A stretch of DNA of 64,000 nucleotides from Hypanus sabinus. Taxonomy: Eukaryota. The stretch spans positions 161,758,001-161,822,000 of the forward strand of contig NC_082710.1 of assembly GCF_030144855.1 (NCBI RefSeq), in the 5' to 3' direction. The translations under genes and the position numbers were made by a program. Positions 50,405-63,946 of this stretch are shown here, one piece after another (position 1 is the stretch's first letter; the number at the start of each line of letters is the position of its first letter). The notes below the pieces were generated by a model. That model searched no databases and was not told the origin of the DNA. It worked only from the letters and a program-made list of their open reading frames with translations.

Positions 50405-52330
50405 CCCCATACCCTTTGATGCCCTGACTAATAAAGGACCTATCTATCTCTGCCTTAAATACACCCAGTGGCTTGGCCTCCACAGTTGCTCGTGGCACAA
50501 AATTCTACAGATTTACCACTCTCTGACTGAAGTAATTTCTCTGCATCTCTGTTCTAAATGGACGTCTTTCAATACTGAATTCCTGTCCTAGACTCCCCTA
50601 CAATGGGAAATAACTTTGCCATATCTAATCTGTTCAGGCCTTTTAACATTTGGAATGTTTCTATGAGATCCCCCTTCATTCTCCTGAACTCCGGGGAATA
50701 CAGCTCAATAGCTGCCAGACGTTTCTCATATGGTAACCCTTTCATTCCTGGAATCTTTCTTGTGAATCTTCTCTGAACCCTCTCCAACGTCAGTATATCC
50801 TTTCTAAAATAAGGAGCCCAGAACTCACGAGTGCCTTACAGAGCCTCAGCATCAAATCCCTGCTCTTATATTCTGTACTTCTAGAAATGAAGGCCAACAT
50901 TGCATTTGTTTTCTTCAACACCGACTAAACCTAGAGGCTAACCTTTTGGGTATCCTGCACAAAAACTCCTAAGTCCCTTTGTATCTCTGGATTTTGAATT
51001 CACTCCCCATCTAAATAATAGTCTGCCTATTTATTTCTTCCACCAAAGTGCATGATCATACACTTCACAACATTGTATTTCATTTACCACTTCTTTGCCC
51101 ATTCCCCTAATCTATCTAAGTTCCTCTGCAGGCTCTCTGTTTCCTCATTACTACCTGCTCCCCCACCTATCTTTATACCATCAGCAAATTTAGCCACAAA
51201 TCCATTATCCCATTGTCCAAATCATTGACATACATCGTAAAAAGCAGCGGTCCCAACGCTGACCCCTGTGGAACTCCACTGGTAACCGGCAGCCAGTCAG
51301 ACTAGGATCCCTTCATTCCCACTCTCTGTTTTCTGCCAATCGGCCAATGCTCCACCCATGCTAGTAACTTCCCTGTAATTCCATGGGCTCTTATCTTGTT
51401 AAGCAGCCTCTTGTGTGGCACCTTGTCAAAGGCCTTCTGAAAATCCAAGTTCACCACGTCCACTTCATCTGCTTTGTCTACCCTGCTTGTAATATCCTGA
51501 AAAAATTGCAGTAGGTTTGTCGAGCAGGATTTTTCTTTCAGAAAACCATGCTGGCTTTGGCCTATCTTGTCATGTGCCTCCGGATACTCTGTAATCTCAT
51601 CCCGAACAATCAATTCCAACAACCACTGATGTCAGACTAACAGGTCTATAGTTTCCATTCTGCTGCATACCACCCTTCTTAAATAGCAGAGTAACATTTG
51701 CAATTTTAGAGTTATCCAGTACAATGCCAGAATCTATCGATTCCATCAGGTGCAGGAGTTCTATCTACCCTCAGACCATTAAGCTTCCTGACCAGCTTCT
51801 CAGTTGTAATTTTCACTGCACATACTTCACTTCCCTGACACTTTTTTTTCATTTTGCACCAGACAGTCAGCCATTCTTATCTGGCGAGTGGTGTCAGGAT
51901 TAATTGGGTCACGTTATGAACGTTGCTGACTGGACCCTTTTTTTTTAAAGGCTGAGTGGCTAGCTTTACACTCAACCCAGCACAGATGGAATGCGTGCTC
52001 GGGATGCAGCCCGACTTGGATTCAAACTCGGGAGCCTTCGCTCCGGAATCTGGTGTTGATGCCATTGCGCCACCTGCTGGCCCCCTGACAGTCTTGAATG
52101 TGCGGTATACTGCAGGTGTCTTGCACTGTGAAGAGTGATGCAAAATACGCATTCAGTTCTTCTGCCATCTCAACATCTCTCCTTACAATACCTCCAGCGT
52201 CATTTTCTATTGGTCTTATATCTCCCCTTGACTCACCTTTACCCTTATATATACTGAGAAAAGTTTTTAGTATTTTCTTTGATATTAGTTGCCAGCTTCC
52301 TTTCATAACTCGGACTTCCTTGGCGGTGTT
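50405..52330 (-). mobile_element. CR1 3' part with internal SINE insertion
   Basis: 'SQHGFLKEKSCSTNLL..DFQKAFDKVPH', 'ERVQRRFT'; 3' UTR. Confidence 0.88.
51841..52082 (-). mobile_element. tRNA-derived SINE with A-tail and 8-bp TSD
   Basis: A-box TGGCGCAATGG, B-box GTTTGAATCC, oligo-A end, CCCTGACA repeated at 51833-51840 and 52083-52090. Confidence 0.8.
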
Positions 52331-52458
52331 AGATGGAGCAGGTCACATTTTGACTCTGCTCCAGTCTTTTTTCAATTTCCTAATCACTCTTTTACTATAT
52401 ATATCAAAGTGTCTTTAACACCTTTGTATGTTTAAATTCTGAATTTTAATCAACAGAA

Positions 52459-55400
52459 ATGACTTCCAGAACAAGAAAGGCATTAGCTGAAGTCAAGAAA
52501 ATTGGTAATGGAAATAAGAATAAAGAAGGTGTTTTCAAACAACCTTAATTTACTTTGCAGGCTATCTCAAATTTATTGGATGAAAAACTTGACAAGAGAT
52601 TCACTACATTGGAAGTAATGTTAAAGGAGAACGAAGGTAAACTGATAGCACTTGAAAAAGAGAGCGAAAAGCAGCAACGGCAAATTTTAGAGTTTACTGA
52701 AGCTGGGAAACAGAGAGATTCCAGATTAAAATCTTTGGGAATGAAATAAAATTTGACTTCTCGTACATTGGAGCAGTATAAAGCCAAAATTATTGATTTG
52801 GAGCGTTGTAGTCGCAGACAGAATTTGCAAATAATAAGACTCAGTGAAGACGTTGAGAGCGGGCACCTCACTAAATTTTTTTCTCAATTCTAAATGAGTC
52901 TTTGGCTTGGAGGTCTCCTCTTCTCCGATACTCCACTGTGTGCATCGGGCATTAAGACCAAAACCGTCGAAAGAGTTAAAACCGTGCCCTGTGACTCTTC
53001 GACTTCACTGTGTGAGTACTAAGGAGCACTTAATTCGAATTGCTCGTCGGAAAGGAATTATTGAACATCAAAATCTTAAGTTTTGTCTGGTTGAAGATTA
53101 TTGTCCTGAGGTAATGCAAGAAATATTGCGTTTTAAATCGGTGATGCCGGAATTATATCAAAGGAATCTCTAAACGGCTTTGCTCGCTTAAGAGTTGTTT
53201 TACCCAATAAATCGTTTAAATGGTTTAAATCCATGAATGATGCACAACAATTTCTTGATGAACATTGTTTGAGCTCGGATATTTAATAAATTTACTTATT
53301 CCTTTATGTTTGTATACACCTGGTTTATTAGTTAATAAACATAGATTTGGAAAATTTAAGATCGTAGAGCTTTGCCCTTGGGCTGATTCTTCTGGTACTT
53401 TGTTTTGGCGTATGGAGGAATATTATGTTTCTATATTAAAGTTCCCTTCCTTTTCTTTATTATATTACTTTTTTTTAATTGTTTGTTTTAGAAAATTATT
53501 AAGACTCTGACTTGGTGATTAATTGTTTTCTCTAGAAATATTATTGAGATTGTATTCTGCTTCATTTTTTAAGACCTTGTCTTTTAAAATGGTCTGCAAA
53601 GGGTTGTTTTTTTGTTTGCTTAACTTGTGTTTGGCATTCCTTTTGCAACGTTTTGACTATGGGTGTTTTTTTAAAAAAAAATTAAATTTGGAGACTTGCC
53701 GTCAAGAGAGATGGAGGTTGAGTGGTTCTTAGATAGTTTACTGGCTGCCTATGGCTAGGATTCGGAGCTTTGTTGGGGGAGGGGCTACTTTTAGTTCAGT
53801 ATTTTTCATTTGGGCTGATCTGAAACTACAAAAATGTCTGCATTGTCTTAACTTCAAGTTCCTCTTTAAACTTTTTCCCTCTTCCTGATTCATGAGTTTC
53901 CTATGCAATATGGTTAACCCTTTACATACCATATGGTTTATTTAAGGAAGATGTATAATATTATTAACTTTGTTTCATGGAACACAGAATTTGTTTCATC
54001 CAATTAAACGGAAGAAGATTTTTAAAGTTTTTCATAGATTGAATGCTCAGATTATTTTTGCGCAGGAGACTCATGTGAGGAATGAGAATAATCAGCATTT
54101 TTTTAGGTTTTGGAAAGACCACAGTTTCATTCAAACTCATCGACCAAAGTGAAAGGCGTTTCTATTTTTATAGACCCTTCTATCTGATTTGTTCATTATG
54201 ATACAATCTGACACCCATATGGTAGATTTCTATTAATTACCAGTTTACTTGATAAACAAAAAGTCATTTTGGTTAATGTTTATGCACAAAATACTATCTA
54301 TCTGGAATTATTTAAGCATTTATTTGCATCTCTTCCCAATTTAAATGAATATATGTTAATAATGGGTGAAAATTTTAATTGTTGTTTGAATCCTATGATG
54401 GCTAGGTCTCCACCCAATCAGGTACTTCAAAACAGTTCTGCTACTTTTATTAATTCTTTTTTAGTTGACTCAGGAACTTAAGTAATCTGGAGGTTTTTAC
54501 ATCCTAATAATAAAGAGTTCTCTTTCTTTTCTCATGTATATCATTATTAGAATCAATTACTTCTTTATTGATTCTCGATTAGTTTCATCTGTCACTGCCT
54601 TGTGAGTATGATGCAATTGCCGATCATGCTCCTTTGAAATTATCAATTAAATTAAGTGATGTAACTTTTAGTACTAGACAATGGAGGTTCAATTATATTT
54701 TGCTTCAGGATTTAAATTTTGTTAATTTCATTAAAGAACCGATTGCATTTTTCTTTTCATCTAACTCAATGGAAGAAATTTCCAGTGGGATATTGGTTGA
54801 TAAGATTAAAGAAATTGATAAAAAATATTCAATTGCTGCCAATTTGGAGCTTTATAGAGAAAGAGTTGAAATTCAGGTGCAACATATTTGTTATTAACAT
54901 CCCCAATTGAAAATCAATTACTTAAAACTAAGAGTAATTTTTTTTTGATGGTGATAAATCGGGTAAATTATTGGCTAACTAATTGAAAGCTGTTCTGGCA
55001 AAATGTCAGATTAATAAAGTTCATAGACAGGATAATATTTTGACGGTTGACTATGATGAAATTAATAAATATTTTCAAGAATTTTATACCAATTTATATC
55101 AATCAGAATTTTTTGAAGATCCTACCATAATGCATGAATTTTGAAGGAGACTAAATATTCCGAAATTACCAGCTGATGAACGTTTAGCAATAGGTGCACC
55201 CATTACTGAAGAGGAAATAAAGAAAGCAATTTTCTCGATGAACTCTGGTAAAGCACCTGGCCCAGATATAGCAGAATTTTTAAAATCGTTTTTCAGATTT
55301 ACTTTCTCCCTGGTTACGTAGAATTTTTAAAGATGCTTTATTTGTAGGTAAATTACCACAATCCTTTTATGAAGCATCTATTTCTTTAATTCCTAAAAAA

Positions 55401-57560
55401 GATAAAGACCCCACTGAATGTGCATCATACAGACCCTCACCTGAAAGGACTGTCTGGGGCCTGGGATGGTGGTGAGGGAAGAAGTGTAGGGGCAGGTGTA
55501 GCACTTCTTCTGTTTGCAGGGATGAGTGCCCGGAGGGAGGTCCGTGGGGAGGGATGGGGGGGGTGATGAATGGACAAGGGAGTTGCGTAGGGAGCGATCC
55601 CTGTGGAAAGCCAAGAGTGGGGAGGAAGGGAAGATGTGTCTGGTGGTGGGATCCCTTAGGAAGTGGTGCAAGTTATGGATGATTATACGTTGGATCTATA
55701 GGCTGATAGGGTGATAGGTGAGGACCACGGGGTCTCTATCCCTGGTGGGCTGGCAGTGGGTTGGTGTGAGGGCAGAGGTGCATGAAATACGGGAGATGCG
55801 ATGGAGGGCAGAGTTGATAGTGGACGAAGGGAAGTCCCTTTCTTTAAAAAAGGAAGACATCTCCTTTGTCCTAGAATGAAAGGCCTCATCCTGAGAGCAG
55901 ATGTGGCAGAGGCGGAGGAATTGAGAGGAAGGGATAGCATTTTTGCAGGAGACAGGGTGGGAGGAGGAATAGTCTAGGTAGTTGTGAGAGTCTGTAGGTT
56001 TGTAGTAGACATTGATGGATAGGCTGTCTCCAGAGATAGAAACAGAAAGATCTAGAAAGGGGATGGAGGTGTTGGAAATAAACCAGGTGAATTTGACGGC
56101 AGGGTGAAAGTTTCTCCTTACCCCATCCCTATCAATAATTTTAGTCTGGTTCTCTTTCTCTCTTTTTTCCCCCCTCACTATAATCTGCCCCCAGCCCTAC
56201 CTTTCTTTCTCTTTTATTTCCCATAATTCTCCACCTTCCGCTAGCCTATTTCCCTTCAGCCTATCATTTCCCAGCTCCCTACTTCATCCCTCGCCCCACT
56301 TCTTATCCCCCCTCGACCATTCCATGTTACTTCACTCCTGATGAAGGGTTTTGGTCCAAAACGTCGGCACTACCTCCTCCCATGGATGCTGTCTGGCCTG
56401 CTGAGTTCTGCCAGCATTTTGTGTTTTTATTTGAATATGGTTTCAATTTTGTAAATATTTTGGAATGAATAAATTTATCCTGTCAGGTTCTATTATATCT
56501 ATTTTTTTTTTCTTTTAACCATCTAGAATTGATCAAGCCTTTCTCTTATGGAAAACAAAGGGAATAACATGTGTTTGTGATTTATTCATGGATGACTGTT
56601 TCATGTCTTTTGAACAGTTGTTTAATAAATATAACTTGCCTAGATCACACATTTTAGATATTTACAGATTACAAACTTCTGAACGCTACTTCAGTTACCT
56701 TTCCAATTTCACATCAAATTGAAGTTACAGAAAAAATTTTAAGTTTAAATCCATAGCAGAAGAGTTTAATAGCATTTATTTATGAGTTTATTATGAAAAT
56801 ACATTTACGTATTTCTGATAAAATTAAGAATGAGTGGGAAAGAAAACTTTAAATATCCTTATCTACAGAGAAATGGGAGAAAATTCATCAACTAGTTAAT
56901 ACTTCTTCAATGCATGCTAGATACAATTTAAGGTAGTTCATAGGGCTCATATGTCCAAAGATAAGTTAGCTTGTTTTTACTGTCATATAAACCCTGTTTG
57001 TGATAGATGTAATTCTGAAGTAGCTTCCTTGACACATATGCTGTAGTCTTGACGTCTCCTAGGAAAATATTGGAAAGACATTTTTGATATTATTTCAGTA
57101 GTTCTGCATGTTGATTTACAACCTCATCCTATTACGGCAATTTTTGGACTACCAGTGATAGACTCCAGTCATTTATCCTCATCAGCTTGTCATTTAATTG
57201 CATTTGTTACATTAATAGCCAGAAGATCCATTTTACTTAAATGGAAAGATTCCAATCCCCCAACCAGATTTCAATGGTTTTCTGAAATGATAGCATATTT
57301 AAACTTGGAAAAAAATAGGAGCGTTTCTATGGACCCTTCAGTTAAATTTGAAGAAACTTGGAGGCCATTTATTCAATATTTTCATATCATGTAAGTTGAC
57401 CCTTTCTGAATCCTAATTTTAGTAATTTTTGCTCGGGTATAGAGGAGCGGAGTTAGTGACAAATTATAACTTCAGCCGATGAAATATGGCAGCCCAATCT
57501 TTGGTTTTTATTTAGTTCTTTTTAGTTTAGTGGTTCTTTTTTTCTCTTTATAAAATATTC
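52459..57560 (+). mobile_element. decayed L1 (ORF1 ~52459-53270; ORF2 ~53945-57394; RT core deleted at a PLE insertion)
   Basis: ORF1 'LERCSRRQNL', 'HRALRPKP'; EN 'FVSWN..HPIKRKKI..AQETH'; 'KKDKDPTECASYRP'; C-terminal 'IARRSILLKWK'. Confidence 0.85.
55436..56428 (-). mobile_element. Penelope-like insertion: minus-strand RT C-terminus/linker (55436-56110) plus an inverted tail (56111-56428)
   Basis: 'FHPAVKFTW..IPFLDL..YYKPTDSHNYLDYSSSHP'; plus-strand tail with a mutated hammerhead at 56338-56366. Confidence 0.88.
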
Positions 57561-57619
57561 TTTTCATGGTTAGCTACTCAGTGATTGGAAAGCTAAACTA
57601 CATTTGTTACTTGGAATCT

Positions 57620-58430
57620 GTGTTTGTATATGTCTATACAAAATCTCTAGCCATTGCTGCTGTGCTGTCCTTCGTGCTAGTGTCCCTTTCCAGTCAATTT
57701 TGGCCAGTTCCCCTTGAGAAGGGAGGAAGAAGGCAGAAGAAAGGATATTGTAGTCCAGTTTGCCTAACCTCAATGGTAGGAATGTGTTGGAGTCAATTAT
57801 TAAGGATGAGTTTTTGAGGTATTTTGAGACTAATGGTAAAATAAGTCAAAGTCAGCATGGTTTCTGTGAAGGGAAATCTTCCCTGAAAATTTTGTTAGAG
57901 TTCTTTGAGGAAGTAACAAGCAAAGGAGAGGCAGTGGATGTCATTTGCTTGGATTTTCAGAAGGCATTTGAAAAGGTACCACAAATGAGGCTGTTTAACA
58001 TGATAAAATCCTATTGTGTTACAGGAAAGATTCAGCAATGGATAACAGAATGGCTAGCAGGCAGGAGGCAGTGAGTGGGAATAAAAGGGGCCTTTTCTGG
58101 TTGGCTGCCAGTGATGAGTGGTGTTCCTGGGGGAGGGGGGGGTGGGAGGTGTCAGTATTGGGACCACTGCTTTTCACATTGTTTGTCAATCACTTAGATA
58201 ATGGAATTGATGGCTTTGTGACAAAGTTTGCAGATGATATGAAGATCATTGGAGTGGTAGGTAGTGCTGAAGAAGCAAAGTGATTGCAGCAGGACTTTGA
58301 CAAATTGGAAGAGTGGGCAAAAAAGTGGCAAATGGAATACAGTGTTGTGAAATGTATGATAATGCATTTTGGTAAAAGGAACAATAGTGCGGACTATTAT
58401 CTGAACGGGGAAAAGGTTCAAACATCACTT
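57620..58430 (+). mobile_element. CR1 RT fragment
   Basis: 'SQHGFCEGKS..LDFQKAFEKVP', 'KFADDMK'. Confidence 0.85.
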
Positions 58431-58854
58431 CCTGAGCCACTCATTCATCTGTACCATCATCCTATTCCTGCTCTGACTGGCACGTCTATGAACTTGCAAA
58501 TGACCGTCTAAAACAGAGATGAAACAGTTTTGAGTTTTTGCTTCCAGAACTCTGAAGAAGATAGTTTGGAATCTGAATATTTTTGAGGCAGAGGTAGATA
58601 GATCCTGGATAAGCAGAGAGGTGAACTGTTATCGTGGGAGATGGGAATATCTACCATCAGGTTAGTTGTGATCTTGTGCAATGACAGAGCAGTGTTGCGG
58701 GGTTAAATGGCTTTTATTTCCATTGTTGTGTATATATTTGGTGTGTAGAACTACTGTGCTTTAATTCCTTTGTACATATCTGGTGCAATGTCACATGGTG
58801 AGATTACATTCTACATCAAGATAGGAATATCATGGTTTCATATTCTCTCTTTAG

Positions 58855-59115
58855 ATGAGCTGTCAGAAGCTTCCATTTTTACCAACACCGAATCACTGGG
58901 TTTCACGGTCAGGCTCACCTGTGATGTCTTTGGAGATTCAAATGTGTATCAGTGGCAAAAGAATGGAGGGGAAATCTCCCAGCATCACCAACTAACAGAT
59001 GAAAACAGAACACTTGTTATCCCAAGCGCTTCATCTGAAGACTGTGGAGTGTACACCTGCATCACAACCAATCCTGTCAGCTCCATCCAGACAAACTACA
59101 CCTTAATGTTGCGAG
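58855..59115 (+). CDS. Ig-superfamily gene exon: C2/I-set domain
   Basis: ttag| acceptor, |gtgag donor, 261 nt, phase 1-1; 'VRLTC..YQWQKNG..NRTLVI..DCGVYTC.TTNPVS'. Confidence 0.92.
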
Positions 59116-60147
59116 GTGAGCTTCATTTATGAATGACATTTTGCAGTTAACATTTAGACCATATTGGTGGGCTATTGAATGCAGTCGATGCAAATCAGTG
59201 TGGCAGCAGAGAGAGGCCAAAGCTGAATTAATTGGGTCCATGGAATCTCAGAACAGTTATCGCAGAGAAGGAAGCCATTCAGCCCTTTAAGAATAGATTG
59301 GTTCTATCACTGAGCACACAACTGAATCCTATTGTTCTGTCCTCTCCCCACAGCTCTGTAAATTCTTTCTTTCAGATAATTATCCAGCCCTCATATGAAA
59401 TTACAGTTGAATATCACTTCACTATTCCTGACAAAGAATTCTGGACCCTGTCCACTACTGTGCATCAAGAAAATCCCCAAGATATTTTCTGTTCTTCTCC
59501 CAATCACCTTCATTCCTACTCACGACTGGTTTTAGAAAGTTTCACAATGATCTTCTTCCTCTTTATACCTCTATTCATGAAGGCAAAGATCCTAACTTTG
59601 TTAAACTACTTTCTTAACCCTTCCTACAAATGTCTTGTTGGTGTAACCCTTTTAGAATTGGCTCCTTGAGTTTGTATGCTCTTCTCATTCTTCCTGCTCT
59701 TGGGATGGATCAATCGGCAGATAATGCACTTCACCGATCAATGAGAACAAACTGCCCACATGTGCATTTGTGTAGCAGCCCCTAACATCAGGTGGAAAGT
59801 AGCACCAGAGTGTGTGGTGACACTTGCAGGCTGCCCTGCCCTCAGCACATCCTCAGGTTGTGTGGGTTGTTAATGCAAACAATACATTTCATTGTATGTT
59901 GTGATGTACATCTGATAAATAAATGAATCTCAATAATCCATTCTTGATGGGTATAACGATGCATTGTGATTAATGATTCTCAGAGTAGAGTCAGTTGGTG
60001 TCGGCCTGGGTCACAGATCGGTGAGATTAGATGGGGGTTGGAACATTCCCTTCTCGGCAGGAAATTGTGGAACATTATGGTTGTTGCATCATTTGTAATC
60101 CACTGCCCGTGAGATGTTTAATGATTTGAATTTAATTTTAATTTCAG

Positions 60148-60264
60148 GGTTTTCCCTCAAGGATGTTATACTGATCGCTGTATTGACTGCAGGACAGGTG
60201 ATATCTGTACCATCTCTTTATTCAGCCATGTTACCGGACCAGTGGAAGTGGAAAACCCTCGGAG
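60148..60264 (+). CDS. Ig-superfamily gene exon: first hydrophobic (putative TM) segment
   Basis: atttcag| acceptor, |gtatct donor, 117 nt, phase 1-1; GFSLKDVILIAVLTAGQVISVPSLYSAMLPDQWKWKTLG, in frame with the C2 exon. Confidence 0.7.
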
Positions 60265-61369
60265 GTATCTGTCATTGATTAATTTGCTCTTGCATGAACT
60301 TTCAGACATCACCCAGTAAACCTGAATGAAGATTAACATAAACAAGGGAAAAAGTGGGAAATCAAGTGCCGACAACACCTCTCCTGATTTTCCCTCTGTG
60401 ACCTGTGGGATGCAATTGCCCATTTTTTCCCAGTTTTGAGGTGCTTTGCAGTGACACGGAATACCTGAAACAGTCCTGGAGTCACCTCTGACCAAACTGC
60501 AGAAGATATTTGGGAGAAGTGGCCATGAGAGGAGCCGTCTTCATTCACTCGTGTTTGCTGCATTGTGTTGTCTCATCTCACTGTGTCACCAAGTCTGTTT
60601 AGAGGTGGGACTGAGGGAAAGATGCCCTTTCATCCCGATGGTGGCTGTGCCTTTGGAAACAGGGACCTCATTCACACAGAGGGCAGAGTTGTGAAGGGAG
60701 TTCTACTCCCCATCTAGTGTCAGGGGATTGAGCAGTTGTCTCTCAGACCTGCTGGTGAGCGTACAGTACATGTGGCTCTTTCTTTCAGACTCAGTGGCAA
60801 ATTCTCTTGGGTGTTTGCAAAAGTTTATTTTGAAAGAACCTGTCTTTCCAATGCAGTTTTCCACATGGGACATCTCTGTCTCCCAGAAACAAAGAAGATG
60901 CAACACCTGCTTTATTACCTCTTCCCTTTCCCCATTCCTGGCACACATATAACCCCTCCAGGGAAAGCAGTGAGTGATTGTCCTTCCAATTCTGTGTCCT
61001 CACAGCAGTTTCCTGCACATTGGAGAAACCATTACAGGTTGTGTGACCACTTTGCAGAACACCAAGGGTAACAGTGAGCTTCCAGTTGCCCATCACTTTA
61101 GTTTTCTCTCTGATTTCCCATCTTTAACCTCTTCCCCAGTTCCAGCAAAGCCCATTGAGGAGCAGCATCCCTTATTCCACATTGAGTCCCAAGAACTGCA
61201 ATAATGAATTTATCAATTTCAGATAACCAGCCATTCCAGTTTATGTTAGAACTGACCACTTCTGATACAAGATCGGAGCGTCTAACCATAACTGTTTTCC
61301 ACTCTCCACAAATGCAGAAATGGGAATCTAAAATTCTTTTTTATTCCAGATTTCCAGCAACTGCAGTGC

Positions 61370-62145
61370 CTTGTTCATTCAGTGCCCCAGACCGTCCTTC
61401 CAGGTGACGCAACACTTCACCTGTGAGTCAGCTGGTGTGGTATACTGCATCCGGTGCTCCCGGTGTGGCCTTTTATATATTGGTGAGACCCAATGCAGAC
61501 TGGGAGACCATTTCACTGAACACCTCCGCTCGGTCTGCTAGAGAAAGCAGGATCTCCCAGTGGCCTCACATTTGAATTCCACGTCCCATTCCCATCCTGA
61601 TATGTCTATCCATGGCCTCCTCTATTGTCAAAATGAAGCCACACTCAGGTTGGAGGAAGAACACCTAATATACCAGCTGGGTAGCCTCCAACCTGATGGC
61701 ATGAACATTGACTTCTCTAACTTCCGTTAATGCCCCTGCTCCTTTTCTTACCCCATCCCTGATATATTTAGTTGTTTGTTTTTTTTCTCTCTCTCTGCCC
61801 ATCACTCTGCCTGTTCTCCATCTCTGTCTGGTGCTCCCCTCCCCCTTTCTACCTCCCAAGGCCTCCCGTCCCATGATCCTTTCCCTTCTCTAGCTCTGTA
61901 TCCCTTTTGCCAATCACCTTTCCAGCTCTCAGCTTCACCCCTCCCCCTCCAGTCTTCTATCATTTCGCATTTTCCCCTCCCCCCACTACTTTCAAATCTC
62001 TTACAATCCTTCCTTTCAGTTAGTCCTGACGAAAGGCCTCGGCCTGAAACATAGACAGTGCTTCTCCCTATAGATGCTGCCTGACCTGCTGTGTTCCACC
62101 AGCATTTTGTGTGTGTTGCTTGAATTTCCAGCATCTGCAGATTTC
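61370..62145 (+). mobile_element. Penelope-like element 3' portion (GIY-YIG plus tail)
   Basis: High similarity to 5480-6240; 'LLYIGETQCRLGDHF'; degenerate hammerhead at 62022-62056. Confidence 0.9.
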
Positions 62146-62282
62146 CTCGTGTATCGTTCACATTGGGTTTTTCTCTCTTTTGTTTCTCAGGATTTCTCTC
62201 ACTCTTCTCTGTGACTAGAAACATCAAATCTCTGCACAAATGCTGTTTGCATTGCTGAGTACCTCCAGCATTTTCTCTGATA

Positions 62283-62836
62283 CACTCAGTGACCACTTTA
62301 TCAGCGGCCTCCTGTACCTAATAAAGTGGCCACTGAGTGTTTGTTCATGGTCTTCTGCTGCTGTAGCCCATCCACTTCAAGGTTCGATATGTTGTCTGTC
62401 AAAGATGTTCTGCTGCACACCACTGTTGTAACACGTGGGTGTTTGAATTACTGTCACCTTCCTGTCAGCTTGATACAGTCTGGCCATTCTCTGACAAAAC
62501 ATCTTCAGCCACAGAACTGTCACTCACTGGATGTTTTATTTTGCTTTTTGGACCATTCTCTGTGAACTCTAGAGACTGTTGTGCATGACAATCTCAGTAG
62601 ATCAGCAGTTTCTGAGATCCTCAAACCACCACATCTGGCACCAACAATCATTCCGCAGTCAAAGTCACTTGGATCACATTTCTGCCCCATTCTAGTGTTT
62701 GGTCTGAACAACAATTGAACCTCATGACAATGTTTGAATATTATTATGCATTGAGTTGCTGCCACATGTTTGGCTGATTGGATATTCACATTAACGAGCA
62801 GGTGTACAGGTGTACCTAATAAAGTGGCCACTGAGT
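62283..62836 (-). mobile_element. non-autonomous Tc1/mariner element
   Basis: TIRs cactcagtgaccactttat / ataaagtggccactgagt with TA at the left end; transposase N-terminal HTH remnant 'MGQKCDPSDFDCGMIVGAR..SETADLL'. Confidence 0.85.
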
Positions 62837-63946
62837 TTATTTCAGATTCTCAACACGTGGGGTTTTCCAGTCACGATATTGTTTTGGACACATTGTGTTC
62901 AGCTCCCATCACCAGGCAACCGGATGGATTTGAATGACCAGACAGTGATGTTGCCATGGCTGAGCTGCAGGATTTTGCTTTTATTTAAATGCAGAGAGGT
63001 GACGATGAGAGATTTCAAAGTAGGAGGATCAATATCTGAGGAGAAGGAACCATTAACAATGTCAGTTAACATTTGCCCTGGAAGAGAAGTTGGGAGTGAA
63101 GAGGATCAATTGAACAAGAAGGGGCAGGATCAGAATGGGGATGGTACATCAAAGTTCAAAGTACATTTATTATCAAAGTATGTGTACTGTATACAACATT
63201 GAGATCCGTCTCCTTACAGGCAGCCACAAAACAAAGACACACAATAGAACCCATGAAAAAGAAGACTGTCAAACACCCGATGTGTAGAAAAAAATGCAAA
63301 CAATAAAATTTAACAGATAACATTCAGAAATGAAGTTCATGCAAGTGAGTCCACTGACATGAAGCCTGACACAGACACACGGTGGCTTTGTAGCTAAACT
63401 GAAATTAGAACTGAGATGGGATAGAATCCAGTGAGAGAGAGATGCAATTTAAACACCAGGGCAACAGGAAAATTTGGGAGCATTGATCCAGGGGGCAAAG
63501 GGATGGGAGGGAACCACAGAGACAGGGTGGACAGTCTCAGTCACACCCCTCGATGGGCATCTAACATGTTGTTGGAAGCAAAATTACAGAGACAAGAGCA
63601 AATCAGGGATTATTCTTGCACTTCAGGTTAATCTTTGAACAAATAATTTAGTGATAGAGAGGAAGACCAATGATGCTGAATCAGGTGCAGCTGGATCTGA
63701 TGGTTTAGAACAGTTCTCAACAAGGACATTTACTGTTATGTATTTTACATTTGGGGAGATGAGATGGAGGGTTTGTCATTGGTAACAACTGGGGTGAGAG
63801 AGTAACCGTTAAAGTGGGGTTAACGGTGGGATTGTGATTGATCCCTGGGGAGCTAGCATTGATTGATGTCCAGAATGGCCTCCAGTGTCATAATCAGTCT
63901 GCATAGATCGTTAACGGCTTTCATATGCTTTTTTATTTCTCCACAG

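Noticed and set aside
58770-58854. N-terminal extension of ORF 58770-59132 as coding sequence
   Set aside because: Lies upstream of a clear pyrimidine tract and AG acceptor at 58854, so it is intronic read-through.
60166-60495. 109-aa minus-strand ORF overlapping the TM exon
   Set aside because: No recognisable motifs; antisense to a better-supported exon.
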